A stretch of DNA of 64,000 nt from Atractiella rhizophila. Its lineage: Eukaryota. The notes beneath the pieces were generated by a model. The model worked only from the letters and a program-made list of their open reading frames with translations. It was not told the origin of the DNA and did no database searches. The translations under genes were made by a program, and so were the position numbers. The stretch covers positions 1 to 64,000 of the forward strand of contig MU271219.1 of assembly GCA_021432655.1 (NCBI GenBank). Direction: 5' to 3'. Shown here piece by piece: positions 22,789-36,415 of the stretch (positions within the stretch are counted from its first letter, which is position 1; each line of letters opens with the position of its first letter).

Positions 22789-25700
22789 CCTAGCTAGACC
22801 ACCCCCTTTTTTCAGCATCATCCTGCAATCATAGTCACCCCTCACACAATGATTGTCTCCAAGCCCAACCTTGAGAATGGTCCTGCAACCCTGAAAAATC
22901 CCGACCTGAGTGCTGGTGGTTGGGAAGCAACTGGCATCGCATTTTGAAACTGTGGGTGACGCATTGCACAATCGTTGCGAATGCGGGCGCATTTTGAGGC
23001 GTTGCCAATGGTTTTGACAGTGTTGGGACTGCATTTCTCAACCGTCGCTGGATCATTGGGAAATGCGGAACCATTTCAATAATGGACAACTGTCGTCAAC
23101 ATCTCTGCCATGGTTGAATGGTGGTTGGATGGCCATGCTTGAGGTGTGTTTGCGTCTGGAACAGCATGAAGCAGCATGGTTCATCAATTTTTTATTATTA
23201 AGACCCATTTTGTATGCATTCCCTTCATGTTCCTTTTCATTTATTGCAGTTTGCTAGTTCTTTCGCAGCCCAGAGCGAACTGCACTGTTCCTCCTCCCTC
23301 TCCACGGTTGCCTGGTGGGCCAGACCCAGACCCTCCATCCCTCCTCTCGCCTCCACCAACCCCACTGCTGCAATTTATGCTGTGTTATTTAGAAGAGTGA
23401 CGGGTTGCGATGTGGTTACGGATTCCCTCGCGCAGACGACGCAGTGAACACAGGCGTTGTTGTGGCTGCCATTCGACAGTAACGGTAGGCGGCAAAGGGT
23501 GGAAGGCATGGCTAGAACACAGAAGCTGCCAAGCGGACACGCTATGTAATGATAAGTGAGAATAAACAGCAAGGTAAGGGAAGGAGTACGCACACTGCTG
23601 GGAAGAGGAATGGTGTCGGACATAAACAGGAAGGGAGCCATGCGAAGAAAGAGGTGGAAGCTGTTCCAAGGTAAACATACAAATTAGTCAAGGTTACAAT
23701 AAAAGGATACAGAAAAATTGAGAGCGGCGTCCAATCGCAACCTCAAGGCGGCTGCTCTTAGCATTGTGACTGAGATAGCACTAGAGGAGTTGGCCATGGA
23801 TCGCCAGTCCATTGCGAGCCATTGGGCATCAGAACACTGCAATGGCAATGACGCACTGACGTGCGACTAAAACCACCCATTATCCTTCAATCGAGATGAA
23901 ATACATACCTTTAGTCACGAGTATACTACACCTTCTGGAAACCTCTCCAAGCTCTTCAGGTCGTTTAACATTCTGAATTTGTGGTTGAATCCGTCGCAAA
24001 AAGAGGTGGGGAGGTGCAGCACAGAAGGGTATACCCTTCCCACGAGCTTTCAACTACTTATAAACGATTGCCGCCACACAGATACCCAGTCCACAGTAAG
24101 TCAAGGACTCTCCTTCAACCGCTTCATGCAAGCAAATAAAAAAAGGTACCTGATTTCTGCATTCCCTCGTACACTCCCTCGCCAGTTGACAAACTTGCGT
24201 AGTTACTGCTTCAGGCCGTCGGAGATGTGATGCCACAATCGAAACGGAGGAAGTGGAGCCAGGATACAGATCGTTCTGCCTCCGCTCATTTATGGGAAGG
24301 GAGAGGGACCGTTCAATCAGCGTAGTATTCAGATTCCTGTTCTCACGGAACTTGCTGTGCGTCCTCAGACGACAAACTAACAAGGCGGAAATGACAAACT
24401 CGACAATTTGGCGGCTATCGCCTTTCCTACGCGTGTCAAACATCTTCTGTTGCTCCAGGGATAAGGGAAGTTAGTTTAAGGACGGTTTTTCCGCTTTGGA
24501 CGCGCTTTTTACTCCTGGTCACCGAATTCTCACGTTTGGGGACAGTTTATTCGACGATTTTGAGTAATTCGACTTCGGTTTCGACTTTTACCGGGAGAGG
24601 AATAATCCTTATGTTATGTGGGAATGTTTTATCTTGGTTATGGAAGATGGAATTGGGCAAAAAGGTGCGTCTGTCGTTTCTAAATCAGCGAAGGGAGGGT
24701 GGCATGGAGACTTCGATGGATCATTGATTTGTGTCCAAGTGTCGCATCCATTCACTGCGTTGAACAATATTGTATCGCAGAGAACTGTTCTGCTGCCAAA
24801 AACGCGTCACTCTCCAGTTCGGAGCTTGGAACCAACGACTTACTACTTCCTGCTCTGTGATCTCAGTCAATGACACGCGCGCGTCAGCAGTCCTTCTCAA
24901 TACCCATTTGACCTTGTTGATGGATTATCTGTGAGACATGATCACTGGACGAACCTTTTTCATTCATATGCTAAGCCTTTGCATCTGTATCTGTTTGAAA
25001 ATCTTGTTTATCACTGACTTAGGTCCACACAACGACCTGGAACAGTTTCTCAACCACTTTCGCTCCCCGTTTCTCGTTAAATGGGGTTACCAGATCTTTC
25101 AAGGCAGAGAAACAGCCCTAATATCAGACTAGGTGAGATTCAATCTGCAGAACGCACTAATCATGTTTGTATTTAGGCAGCACAATGAGCAATGAAGTAC
25201 GAGATCAATCGACGAAAGACGGGAGCTTCGTATGGTGCAACTTGAACGGGAGAGGAAGAACGAGGCCGAGGGAAGATGAGGAGTGAAGGCGAAGGCGAAC
25301 AAGTGGGAAGAGGAGTAAGAGCGAGTGATCAGCGATCAGCGATGAAGAGGATCGGGGGAAGGGGACGGGAAGAATGAAGCTGGACGGCGAAGGAGGGGAA
25401 GAGATGGGGCTCGAAGGCTGTGGTACCTTATAATGTATGCAATAGTATGAGAGTTCCACAATGAGTTGCGTGCGAAGAAGCATAGGAATCTACTTTGAAG
25501 ATGATTGTGCAATTACACTGTAACGCTTAACAGACACCAGACCGCTCGTTCCACAATCATGAAACAACCACTCCGCAACGCTTCCAAAACACCGTCCACA
25601 AATCAATCCAAAATAGTTTTCCAATACTGCCCAAACGCTCCTCCCACGGTCCTCCAACGTCTCCCCGACGCGTCCACAAGCCTCCAGCAATCGTCCTCAG

Positions 25701-25857
25701 ACGCTCCAACAACGAGCGCCGAATATCCCTCCAACGCCACGAAACCATTATCGCAGGGACATATTTTCGTGGTGCGAACATTGTTGGGATTGTGGACGGT
25801 TTGTACGTCCCCGATACTTGCACGACGATTCCGAAAAAGGGGGGTGCTCTGGCTAGG
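22789..25857. mobile_element. 3,069-bp DNA transposon (degenerate or non-autonomous) with 40-bp imperfect TIRs and a TA target-site duplication
   Basis: Left TIR cctagctagaccacccccttttttcagcatcatcctgcaa (22789-22828) matches the reverse complement of 25818-25857 at 33/40 positions. TA flanks both ends. The empty site caagacTActac is present in the duplicate at ~26943-26954. Confidence 0.85.
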
Positions 25858-26360
25858 TACTACAATCCAGCACAACACCCTCTAGACAGAGGTAAGTTCA
25901 ACACTTTCCCTGAAGGAAATGCTGCTGTACCATGAATCGAAGATCTGAAGTCCTTCATTCAAACGGCTCAGGCGGCAACCCGAACATTCCTGCTACGTGC
26001 AACTTGTTGGGAGATGGAGATATTGGCACAGACAGCTTGACAAATAGAGACAATCACGGCAAGTTCGTATTTTCATCTGTGCAGGCCAGTGGAGAATGTT
26101 TCATTCGTGGAACGTTGTATTGCCAGCCGATTGTTAGAGGGGGATGTGCTTGAACGCTCTGTGCTGCGAAGAGGGAATATTTCGATGTCACAGCTTTGAG
26201 TGCGTCCACTGCTTCAGTAAGCGTGAGAGTAAGTGTCAGGGTGGAGTTTGGAAGAACGGAGGGACGCATGGCCCTCTACCATTCATGCGCATGACGCGAC
26301 GTTACAATATTGGGGTAACAGTAATCTCATTGGCATGCATTACAGTAAAGAAGGACTCAA

Positions 26361-27459
26361 ACCAATGCGCCATTCACCACCTCTGCCTCGCGTCCTGAGA
26401 GAAGAGCGAGGTGGGGTTACCGCAGAAGGGGTACGTCGGCGCGGACGACGTAGGCGATGGAGCAAGGATGGTCGAGGGGAGGGAGCAGCCACGCCTGTCG
26501 TTGAGGGAGGGACCAGTCCTTCATCGTCTGTGTAGGTGGGATAGTAGATGGGCCAATGAAGCACGGAGTCGTACATGAGAGTCTCGTAGATGTAACGGGC
26601 TTCGTACGACATGTCTGCTTGCAGTTTTGAACCTTGACGTGGATTGCAGCTGAAGAATCAAGACATAGAGAAGGATTCTCTCACGCAAATCTCGCTATAT
26701 GAAAGGAATTGCAACGAGAGGGCAAGAAGGCAGAAAGATGACAATATGTCAACTCCTCTTCGTTGACCGCGTCTAAATGATCTGTTATCAAACCTCTCAA
26801 TCAAGATGAATTGGCGCGCCCATCCTCCACATGCAGGTCGAGAGCAAACATTTTCGTGATTGCCGGAAACAGCGACGATAAGGTGGCTCCAGGACCAAAC
26901 TTGCACAAAGCATTGTGGACGCGGTTACAATTACCGGGCCGTCAAGACTACTACGCAACACCCTCTGGACAGAGGTACGTTCAACACTTTCCCTGAAGGA
27001 AATGCTGCCGTAGTATGAATCGAAGATCTGAAGTCCTTCACTCAAACGGCTCACGCGGCAACCCGACCATTCCTGCTACGTGCAACTTGTTGGGAGATGG
27101 GAGATGGAGATATGTTCAGCTGACAAGTGGCACAGGCAGCTTGACAAATAGAGACAATCACTGCTAGTCAGTATTTTGATCCGTGCATTCCAGCGGAGAA
27201 TGTTCATTCGTGGAACGTTGTTTTGCCAGCGGATTGTTAGAGGGATGTGCTTGAACGCTCTGTGCTGCAAAAGAGGGAATATTTCGATGTCACACCTTTG
27301 AGTGCGTCCACTGCTTCATTAAGCATGAGAGTAAGTGTGAGGGTGGAGTGTGGAAGAACGGAGGGACGCATGGCCCTCTGCCATTCGTGCGCATGACGCG
27401 ACGTTACAATATTGGGGTAACAGTAATCTTATCATGCATTACAGTAAAGAAGGGCTCAA
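26361..27459 (-). repeat. Tandem segmental duplicate of the gene B 5' exon plus upstream region (gene fragment 26361-26612)
   Basis: 26361-26950 is near-identical to 22187-22788, and 26951-27459 is similar to 25860-26360. The coding copy is truncated just after GGEWRIG. Confidence 0.9.
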
Positions 27460-28681
27460 GCTCTAAGCTGAGAGCTTCTAAACCTATTCAAGATGATTGA
27501 GGCATTGGTCTTCGCTTAAGCTCATCGTCACATATGCCTACCTAATGTTGCAGTGCTCAGAGCCAGAGGGCCATCGAATCGTTACATGATGAGGAGCAGA
27601 AATCAAGTATTCTGTTGGCGCAGAGGGGGAAACCAAGAAGGCCGGACGGGTAGACGGGTGAGGTGTTGGAGATGGAGAGATTGAGCAATCTGCCTTGCTT
27701 CTCCAGGTCTCACCGGTTGACCTGTTGACCCTGCTTCGCATTACAGGGTTTCCCCCCCAGTGATGTGGAGTGCCCCTCGGTGCCAGCTCTTTCCTCCCTT
27801 GCGTGGCAGGTTGCAGTGTTATCCACTAATTTTGAAGACGTTGGCAATTGATGTTTCGAGCGTCTTACAAAGAATGACAGCAGGTCGAGCTCCAATTCTC
27901 CCTCGCATTTGATCCCAGCGCCACGATGTTTTCGTCGTTTCTTGTGTTGTAATGGATATAGCACACAACTCCTCCCTGGTATATCTATGGCACCAAGTCT
28001 GAGCACTCGTACAATAAGTCGTAGAATGGCCTTGAATGTCACCGGCTGGCATCGCGTCGGAGATTACTTCGTCTCCCAATTTGAAAGTGGAATCTGCTTC
28101 ATCAATCTGTGGACTGCACTCTCTGCGCCTTTTGTTCCGGGATTAATATGCGAAAGCAGTCCCGGATGTTTCCAACCCATTTCAACTTCGACAGCCGCTT
28201 TTCTGACATTTAGATCCGATCCTTCGTTTCTGTCTGCAATATCGAACGCGTGACCACCTATCCTGCCATGCTCAGCGACACCCTGGTTGTGTTGAAAGGC
28301 TTTCATATACAAGAGCGGGCTTTGTACGGACAGACGCTTGCCCCAAAATGAGAGCTTAGACTTCCTCCTCTGTGCAGAATGAAGTACATTGTCCGTCAGT
28401 TACAGTTCAAGAAAAATGTCAGGATATTCACTCGCGAAGATACGCGAGCAACAAACCCAGCGAAGCATTCATCATCTCTCCTGACGCAAGCAGCCATTCT
28501 TGGATGTAGTTGTTGGATGGTCGTACCATTCCCTGTTTCAGCTCGCGCGCTCGCATTCCCGTAATTGTTTTTCGGCGCGAGCATCTACTTCCCTCCGGAA
28601 CTTTAAGAGACTATAAAAACACATGCAATGAGAAATTGTCCTTCTAACAAAATTCCCCCTCTATCCTGTTTTCATCATCAA

Positions 28682-29921
28682 ATGGCTTCTGCGCCGACCA
28701 TTTTGACGCCTGAAGAGTTCAGCCAGCTCAATAAGGCCGAACGCGACGCTTATTGCAACGCTCTTTCTCACTTCAAGTTGTGGGAGCAACCAGGTATGCA
28801 ACAGTGACCGTCACATGTGCCCCTGCTACAGATTGATCACTTTTCTTCGTTCATAGGTTACCGCCCCCGAGAGGACCTGTGCAACCAGTACGGTTACGTT
28901 CCTTCTTTGGGTCTCGGTATTGCTTTTCTGGTGCTCTTGTAAGTATCTCTTTCTGCTTTAAACTGTGCAAGGCACTGATGCAGCTAGTTAGCTCGGTATT
29001 GACTATTATCCACACTCAGTTCGTTCTCGGCTGGAAGAAAAGCTGGAACCGATGGTGGACCATGATCACTATCACTATTGGAGGAATATTGGAGGTTGTG
29101 GGATGGATCTCACGCATTTTCTCCAACAATAACCCTTACGATGATGCGCCGTTCATTGCACAGGCAAGTTTTTGTCTCAATCTCCAGTTATTGTTGACGG
29201 GTTTTGTGATGGGATATTGCAGACAGTGACACTGATCATCGCTCCTGTGTTCTTCTCAGCTGCACTCTACGTCCTCCTTGGATTCATCATCGTGGAGCTT
29301 GGGGTTCAGCACTCGGCTTTGAAGCCGAAGCTATACGGAGCCATATTCGTGAGCTGCGATCTCGTGTCTCTTGTACTCCAAGGGACTGGCGGTGGACTCG
29401 CTGCCACGGCTGACACTCAGAGCCAGAGCGACACTGGTGAACTTCTTTACCTTCCACTTTGCCAAGGCTGAATCAATTTGTGACAGGTACCAGTATCATG
29501 GAGGGCGGCATCGTTTTCCAACTTGTAGCCACCATCGTTTTTGCCGTTCTCGCTCTCGATTTTCGCCGAAAAGCAAAGAAGGCGGATGCCCTTCCTGCCC
29601 ACTACTCAGGATTGTACTACCTCGAAATCGCCATTGCTATTGCCACGTCAATGGTTATCATCCGGGGCATTTACCGGACTGCTGAGCTCGCTCAAGGCTG
29701 GACGGGGTCAGCTATTCCTTTCTTGATAAATCATAGTACTCAGGGAAATTGACACACTCCACATAAATAGGTACCTAATTCAGCACGAATACTACATTCT
29801 TTTTGATTCACTTCCCATGGTTATCCTCCTCATAGCTTTGGCTTTGGCACATCCTTTCTGGACCTTCCATCGACAGAAGCCAGTGACAATGGTCGAGGAA
29901 AAAGGATGGTCACATGTATGA
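28682..29921 (+). CDS. RTA1/RSB1-like lipid-translocating exporter family membrane protein
   Basis: YGYVPSLGLGIAF...GGILEVVGWISR...LIIAPVFFSAALYVLLG...FVSCDLVSLVLQGTGGG...GIVFQL...IRGIYRTAELAQGWTG. Confidence 0.9.
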
Positions 29922-30094
29922 CTAATCAGCCACAGTTTGCAATGCACGATCTAGAATTCTGTAGAGATGTGCCTTCCTCCCCAAACAAGTCAATCAGCGT
30001 ACACATAATGCTTTTCATCAGGTACAATATCGGTGAGATTTCAAAGGACTTCAATGTAATTTCCGTTTATTTCAGGCTCTAAACAGCTTCCACA

Positions 30095-31251
30095 TCACGC
30101 ATATTTATCAAACCACTTCAGGACATCATCAAAAGCATCTTTGATGTTTTTCAACTGCTTGGGATCGTTGAAGTCCCCCTATCAGCCTGTCAGATTATCT
30201 CCAGTTGAAATAAATTGCTGTTACAGACCCTGACAGCAAATCCATGAGGACCGTCGTAATGCTTCCTGCTGTCTAAAAGAGTCCTTTCAGCTCGGCGTCG
30301 GCCGAAGGCGCGAGGAAGAACTTACAATTCTGAGCTCCAGCGAAGGTGTCATCCAAGAGTTTTCTTTGTTCAGGTCCGATGGGTTTTTGTTCCTCAGCTG
30401 TGACAAAGAGGAGTGGGAGGCCAGTGGCTTGAAGAGCTTGAGGCTCGGTGGGGAAATCCAATAAACTCGCGCTGTAGCGGTGATTAAACGGAAGGATGGA
30501 ATATAATATGGAGCATACTGGCAAAAGGCTCCTGCTCGAAGAGACGATGTGTGTTTCTGCGCTAAGTAGGAGACGTATTTGCCACTATCAAGAATGTTAG
30601 GATATCGTCAACAGAATGACCGTTCAGATACCCAAAGCAATAGCCCTACAGAAAGCGTCAGCGAAATAGAAATGTCATTCAACTCGTAAAAGAGAACGGA
30701 CAACTGCAACGTATTTTTCGACGCCTTGAGACTTCAATCCACTCAAAACCTTTTCGAGCAAAGCTGACCACACCGTCGTCAGAAAGAGGTGAGAATAAAG
30801 GGAAGGACGTGCCGGACGTCTCCTCTTCTCCATGCCCGTCCTTAAGCCAAGCACCCACGTCAAAGGTACCGGAGTTGAACTCTTCCTGAGGAATAGGTCG
30901 GCCATCAAAATAGTCAGGAACAACAACCTTCCAGCCTTTTCTCGCAAAGTTGTCAGCGAGCAGCTATCAAAGGATCAAGTGAGCCAGGTCGTTCAGCAGG
31001 AAAAGCGCAAAAGGCACTTGGTTGTTGATGTGTTCAATGCCGAACACGTCAGGAAGAAGAAGCAACGTCTTCTCTTTCGGGGATACAGCGACGTTTGGAG
31101 ACGAGAGATAGCAAGCTAGCCCATTGATCGTTTCGATGTGACCGATTGTAGTTCCAACATGGACAAAACCGGAGAGGCTATAGGGGGCGGTTGGCTTGCG
31201 AGCTGCTGCAGGCTGACTGAGAACTACTTACCAGTGGCGGCAAAGCGACAT
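30095..31251 (-). CDS. Dienelactone hydrolase family protein
   Basis: MSLCRHC...LLLPDVFG...LLADNFA...GYCFG nucleophile motif...HGFAVRG...WFDKYA*. Confidence 0.85.
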
Positions 31252-32134
31252 CTTGAGGGTAATGTTGATGGCGATTTGTGATTGGGGGAGTAACTTAGGT
31301 CATAACAGTGGGAAAGAAAGTCGCCTTTATACGTTAGCCCTCGACGGAAGAAATGTAGGTGAGTATGTCGACAACAGAACCACTTTCAGCCTGTTCAAGC
31401 ATGGATGAAGTCAGCTCCAGCCTCAACTGCAGACTCCACGAAACCGAAAACTCGAGCAGCGTACCATCTTCCGTAAGCCAGCGTGAGTTTCTCCTGTGGC
31501 CGGCGAAAGTTCCGAACGCAGTTACTGTTGAAGCGAAGGCAGGAGAGATCCTCTGTGTGACCAAGGTTCCTGCACCACTTTGAATGTTCCTTCGAGTGCA
31601 ACAGAGTAACAATTGCGACATAAACTTTGACAGCAATCGAAAGAACCACATGAAAGCTTGGGCTTCTTGCACATAAGCGAAAGCTTTGGCTTCTTGCACA
31701 AAAGCGCGTGCTATGGAGAACAGCCAACGTACATTGTGGCTCCAGGAGCACTATCCCAGCCTTGACTCGTCTGTAGTGATCCGCTAAAGGTAATCTGGAT
31801 ATGTTTCCCTCTGCATCACAGACGTTTTATCGTGCTTCTCAGGCGAGGATGTAACATTCGAAGTGGAAGAGGAGTTTTTCAAGCTTGTGAAACCAGTGTA
31901 CTAGTTCTCCAATTGTAGGGACTCCTCCCTCACAGATCTGCACCTTTGAGTCACCTCAAGCTTCAAGCCTTCCCGCCTCATTGACTCATCCCCAATAGGC
32001 GACCCTCAATATGTCGCAGTCTATCCGCTGCTACTACTGAGTACAGCTTCGCAAAGTGTGGGCGAGGTTGGTGAGGTTGGCCATGAAGTTGTCCCACAGC
32101 GGTGTTGCAATGTTCAACAACCAACAAATGAACA

Positions 32135-35100
32135 ATGACTCGCATCGAGAAATTTGAAATTACCGAGTTGAGCCATGGGAAACAACGAACGAACGCGTTC
32201 AGAAATGGTGAGCGATTTTCAGTCCAGTTTGCATTTTCATTGACGGTTACGGTCGTACAGAGACACCACAAATACGCGTACAATTTGACTAAGTCAGGTC
32301 CTCTGCTAACTGCCTCTGGTTTGTGGCTGACAAAGAGTCGCAGGCTTACCAAAGCTGTGGCGAATCAGGTAGATAAATCGAAGGGACATCCAAGCTTTTA
32401 TATCTATATCTACCCCAAATTCTTCAGGATTGAGCATTATGTACGCGATCCTTTCTCGTTGACGTCAAACACGCTCAGGATTCATGCTGCCCATCGGCGC
32501 AGGTGGGAGAGGAGAAGTACGAGAGTCCCCAGTTCTTGAAAGACGGACCCATGAAGGTAATCATTGTTTCTCTTGTGTTCAGAGAAGGTGGTGACCGCGC
32601 CGACAGCAACTGGTCGAGGACATCCGAAATCAAGTCATCTCTCCTCGGTTTGTACCTCTGTTGGACGCAATGAACATTAAGTTCTACGACGGTTGGTACC
32701 TTTGCCTTTAGCCTTATGCATTTTGCTCATTCTTTATGCTGCAGGCTATCTTCTTGTCGAAGTTGTTCAAGATTTCTCCTCACGAGAGAAATCGGCATCA
32801 TATCCCGTCATCAATCTTCAGGCCCACACACTTCCCAAAGACCGCTACATCCGCGAGCCAGTCGAACCTCCTCCACTATCTCACCGTGAACCATCGGAAA
32901 GCGGTGCATCAACAATCAGAAGAGAGCGAGTGATCGTTCACCTCTCTCCACTGACCCTGGAGCAGGATATCCAGCGGCTCCTCTCCGACCCTGCACATGC
33001 TGCCCTTTCTGGTTGTTTAGACACGACTGTTATGCTTGAGAAGGAGATATTACTTCTGAAGCATCCCCCAGTTTGTTTGGACTCAGATCCTGCTGTTGGG
33101 AGGGTGGCGAATTGGGCTATGAGGAAGAGCAAGTATATTGACGAGAGCAACAAGAAAGAGGAAAGGAAAAGGAAGAGAAGAGACCAGGCAGAAAGGAGGC
33201 TAGCCAAGAAAGCTAGGATGAGCGAAGGGAAAGAAAACCTGGAAAACGAGTCCGTTTGCGCTTCACACTTCATTTACGAGGTTTCAGCTGATTCATAAAT
33301 AGCTACGTACTACATTCCGCCATCACAGATGACGATTTGAAGGCAAGCGTGGAAGAGGAGAAGCGCCGCAAACTTGTACCTATCCTTCCGCGGTCAGCAG
33401 CTGAACCACCAGGCACCGTCAACCCAGAGAACCTTGTCGGAGCTGAATCCTCTGCCACTGGTCCTGTTGCAGCAGCTGGCTTACCACCCCCCACTCTCGC
33501 GTCGACGACGTCATCCCTGTCACCATCTAAGCTGCTCAAACTTCCAACTCTTTGCAGGCTGCTGTAGCCCGAGCAACCCAACCCGACGACAATCCATGCG
33601 GTCATGCGGCTCCCAACATTCAACCTAGCTTGGCAACTAAGACTGCTAGTCCTTGTGTTGGCGCCAGTGTTGACAGTGATCACATTGTCAATCCTGCTCC
33701 TCCCATTGGCAGGAAAGCTGTACCAACGGAACCTGCTATCTCCACATCGCTGACAACCGCAAGTCAACAAAGTGTCCAAGATATTGTCCAGCTGCAAGAA
33801 GTGATACGACAGTGGACAGATGAAGAGCTGAAACGAAACTACTCAGCCGCACGAAGAACAGAAGAACAGGCTAAAGAAGGCAGCGACCAGTCGATCCAGG
33901 CTAGTTTGATGATGAGATTATCCTCATTGGAGGCTTCACGACGGCGGAACTTGGGGGAAAGCGCACAGACCGCCGAAGGGATGAGCACAGGACCTATGGG
34001 AGCACCGTCAGCATCCTCGCACCATCAACGACAGGAGCAACAGCCGCAAAATTTACGCCCTCGTCCAATACAAATACAACGCGACAAAGATCTTGCCCAA
34101 GAGGAACTGCGAGCGCAGACGTTAGTCGCTATCCAAAATGGAACTCAACTCATTCAGTCAAACCCACTCTGGCGTTATGACTCCCTCCCAAACCTCGCGT
34201 CTTTCCAGCACCGTAGTCAGCCAAGTCCTCTCGTTTCGCAGGACTCGCTTGGCCGAATAGACAACCTAACATCTAGCTCAACTTTTGCGCAACAGCATAC
34301 CTTCCGAAGTCCAATTGCGGCACAGCAACAGATGAGGCAGCTTCAAGGACCGGCCCAGGGCTCCTTCTCACAACGGCAGAGTCCTGGATCGCTTCAACAC
34401 CTTGAGAGTCTCGCCCAAACCACGAATATACCGCATGTCCAGTCGAATCGCCTACCCCAATCCCGCGGACAGCTGCCTCAGCCTCAAGCACAAAGCCCCT
34501 CGCTTCCGCAGAGAGGAGTTCAACCTAGTCCTCTACTCCAGCAAAGGTCCCTCGCACACCTTCGTGCATCTCCAGCGTCGAGCCCCCTTAGTAATGAAGG
34601 ATCAAGTCCTCTTCTTCAGCAGCAGTCGCCTGCTCAACTGCAATCGATTTTACATGGCTCAATGCTTTTACAACAGCGGTTCCAACCGAGTCCTCTCATC
34701 CCACAACGCTCAGCTTCACAACTTCTTCCTCAGCCACGCTCTCTCCTTTCTCAGCAGCAACGTCAAACCGTTGTACAACAGCAACAGGCTAGGCAGCTTC
34801 ATACTCCTGCTCAGAGCCCCATACAGAGCCCTCTACAACTACAACATCGTCCCCGCTCTGAGCTCCAGATTGGGGAGCTTTCAGTCCCGACTCAACAGAC
34901 TATTCATCCGCAACAGGCACAAATTCTACAGCAGCAGAACTCTCAGCGAGAAGAACAAAGCAAACGAAGGCTCAAGGATGCGCTAAATGACCTCCAGGTC
35001 GTGTCTCGACGAGACTATGACAGTTGCGTCGCCAGTTGCCGCTCAGTACAGGAGGTGGGTAACTTTGTCATGGGATGGCTCCGAGAGCATTGGGGCAGGC

Positions 35101-35186
35101 AGCGAGGAGGTCAGCAGTTTCAACCTGCAGAAGCACTGAACATTCTTTCGCAGCAAGCGAGAGAGGCGAGAGATCGCAGAGGATAA
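32135..35186 (+). CDS. SPT20: Spt20-like SAGA complex subunit, copy 2
   Basis: KYAYNL...RLTKAVANQVDKSKGHPSFYIYIYPKFFRIEHY...GPMKQLVEDIRNQVISPRFVPLLDAMNIKFYDGYLLVEVVQD...PPVCLDSDP, followed by a Q/S/P-rich tail. Confidence 0.75.
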
Positions 35187-35402
35187 TTCACCCTAACTAA
35201 AGAGACTGATTGTAGTAATGCCTTTCTCGTTGTAGTTGTATGCAAAGTTTAGGCGGTACTCTTGAAGTATTTATCAACAGAAAAGATGTAGCCACAATGA
35301 AATAAACGCAGTCTATTATGAGCAAAGCATGAGAACAACTGCGACAGAAATAGCTTTCTTAGCATCGAATTATGTTAGAGTTTCAACTTTGAAATATGAG
35401 CA

Positions 35403-35850
35403 TTATTTCTGTCGCGACCCGTCCAAAGCTTTCGGATCGATCATGTTCCCACTGGGGATGTAAGGCAATCCAGTTAACCCTTGCCTGAGCACAGCATGGA
35501 AGCTCCACGGTCCATTCATCTCTCTGATTCGCGCGTCCCTCTCCCTCTCGTATTCTGCGGCCCACATGGTCCGTTCAAGCTCTAGACGCTCAGCGCCAAT
35601 CCCCGTCATTGTTTCCCAGAACTCAAAATTAGGTATTGGTGTAGGTGTGGACTGCAGGTTTGGTTTTGAGAGTGAATGGAGAGGAGAAATCGTTGATGTG
35701 GATGCTGCGGCTGGAGGTGTGAAGGGAGTGGATGTGTTCGTACCTCCTGCCGGACAGTGGGAAACAGAGTGTGATATAGACGATATAGATGAGGGAGACA
35801 TATGTTGCTTGACTTGGGAGGAATTTGGCGCTGAACAGGCAAAGGATGAT
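35403..35850 (-). CDS. Hypothetical protein (start uncertain)
   Basis: 132-aa ORF of plausible composition between two genes; no recognised motif. Confidence 0.35.
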
Positions 35851-36415
35851 TAGCGCACGAAAAGAGGAATAAGTAAAATTGCGCTTACAACCACGATGAG
35901 AATCGAAGGGTCCTGAATTTGCCACCTCGATTTCGAGCTCCCGACTTTTATAACTCCATTTGTCAACAAGAGAGACCTGTGCAAGTCAGTCCTCAAGAAG
36001 AAGAATCAAGAATCTAGGTCTACGATCTGTGCGGTCTGTGCGAGTCACCTCGAGGGACAAAGGGCTGTGGGCCTCGTGGAAGCTGTGGTAGCTAGGCAGG
36101 AGCATTGGCGCACAGACAGACCCCGTCACGTCTTTCATGATCTCGAGAAAAATGATGTGAAGGTAAAGGTAGAAATATAATTCTGAGTGGCTTCGAGACT
36201 CCAATGTCGTTCCCGCCAGAGTCGATATTCAAGTTATCCTTGTGACTCGCGAAAAGAAGTGTGAAACTTCGTTCATTTAACTTCGAAACTATTCCGACAA
36301 AGCAGATATCTTCCACACACTTTTGCTAGTCTTCAGTGGAAAACAATTCATTGGTGCTCTTGTTTCTGCTGGCAAATGACTCGAAATATTTATATTGAAA
36401 TCCTTTCTGGATCAG

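Noticed and set aside
27700..28320. Short overlapping ORFs upstream of the RTA1 gene
   Set aside because: No recognisable motif or supported splice model.
31654..31707. 27-bp tandem repeat, two copies
   Set aside because: Only two units and no spacers; not CRISPR-like and no associated gene.
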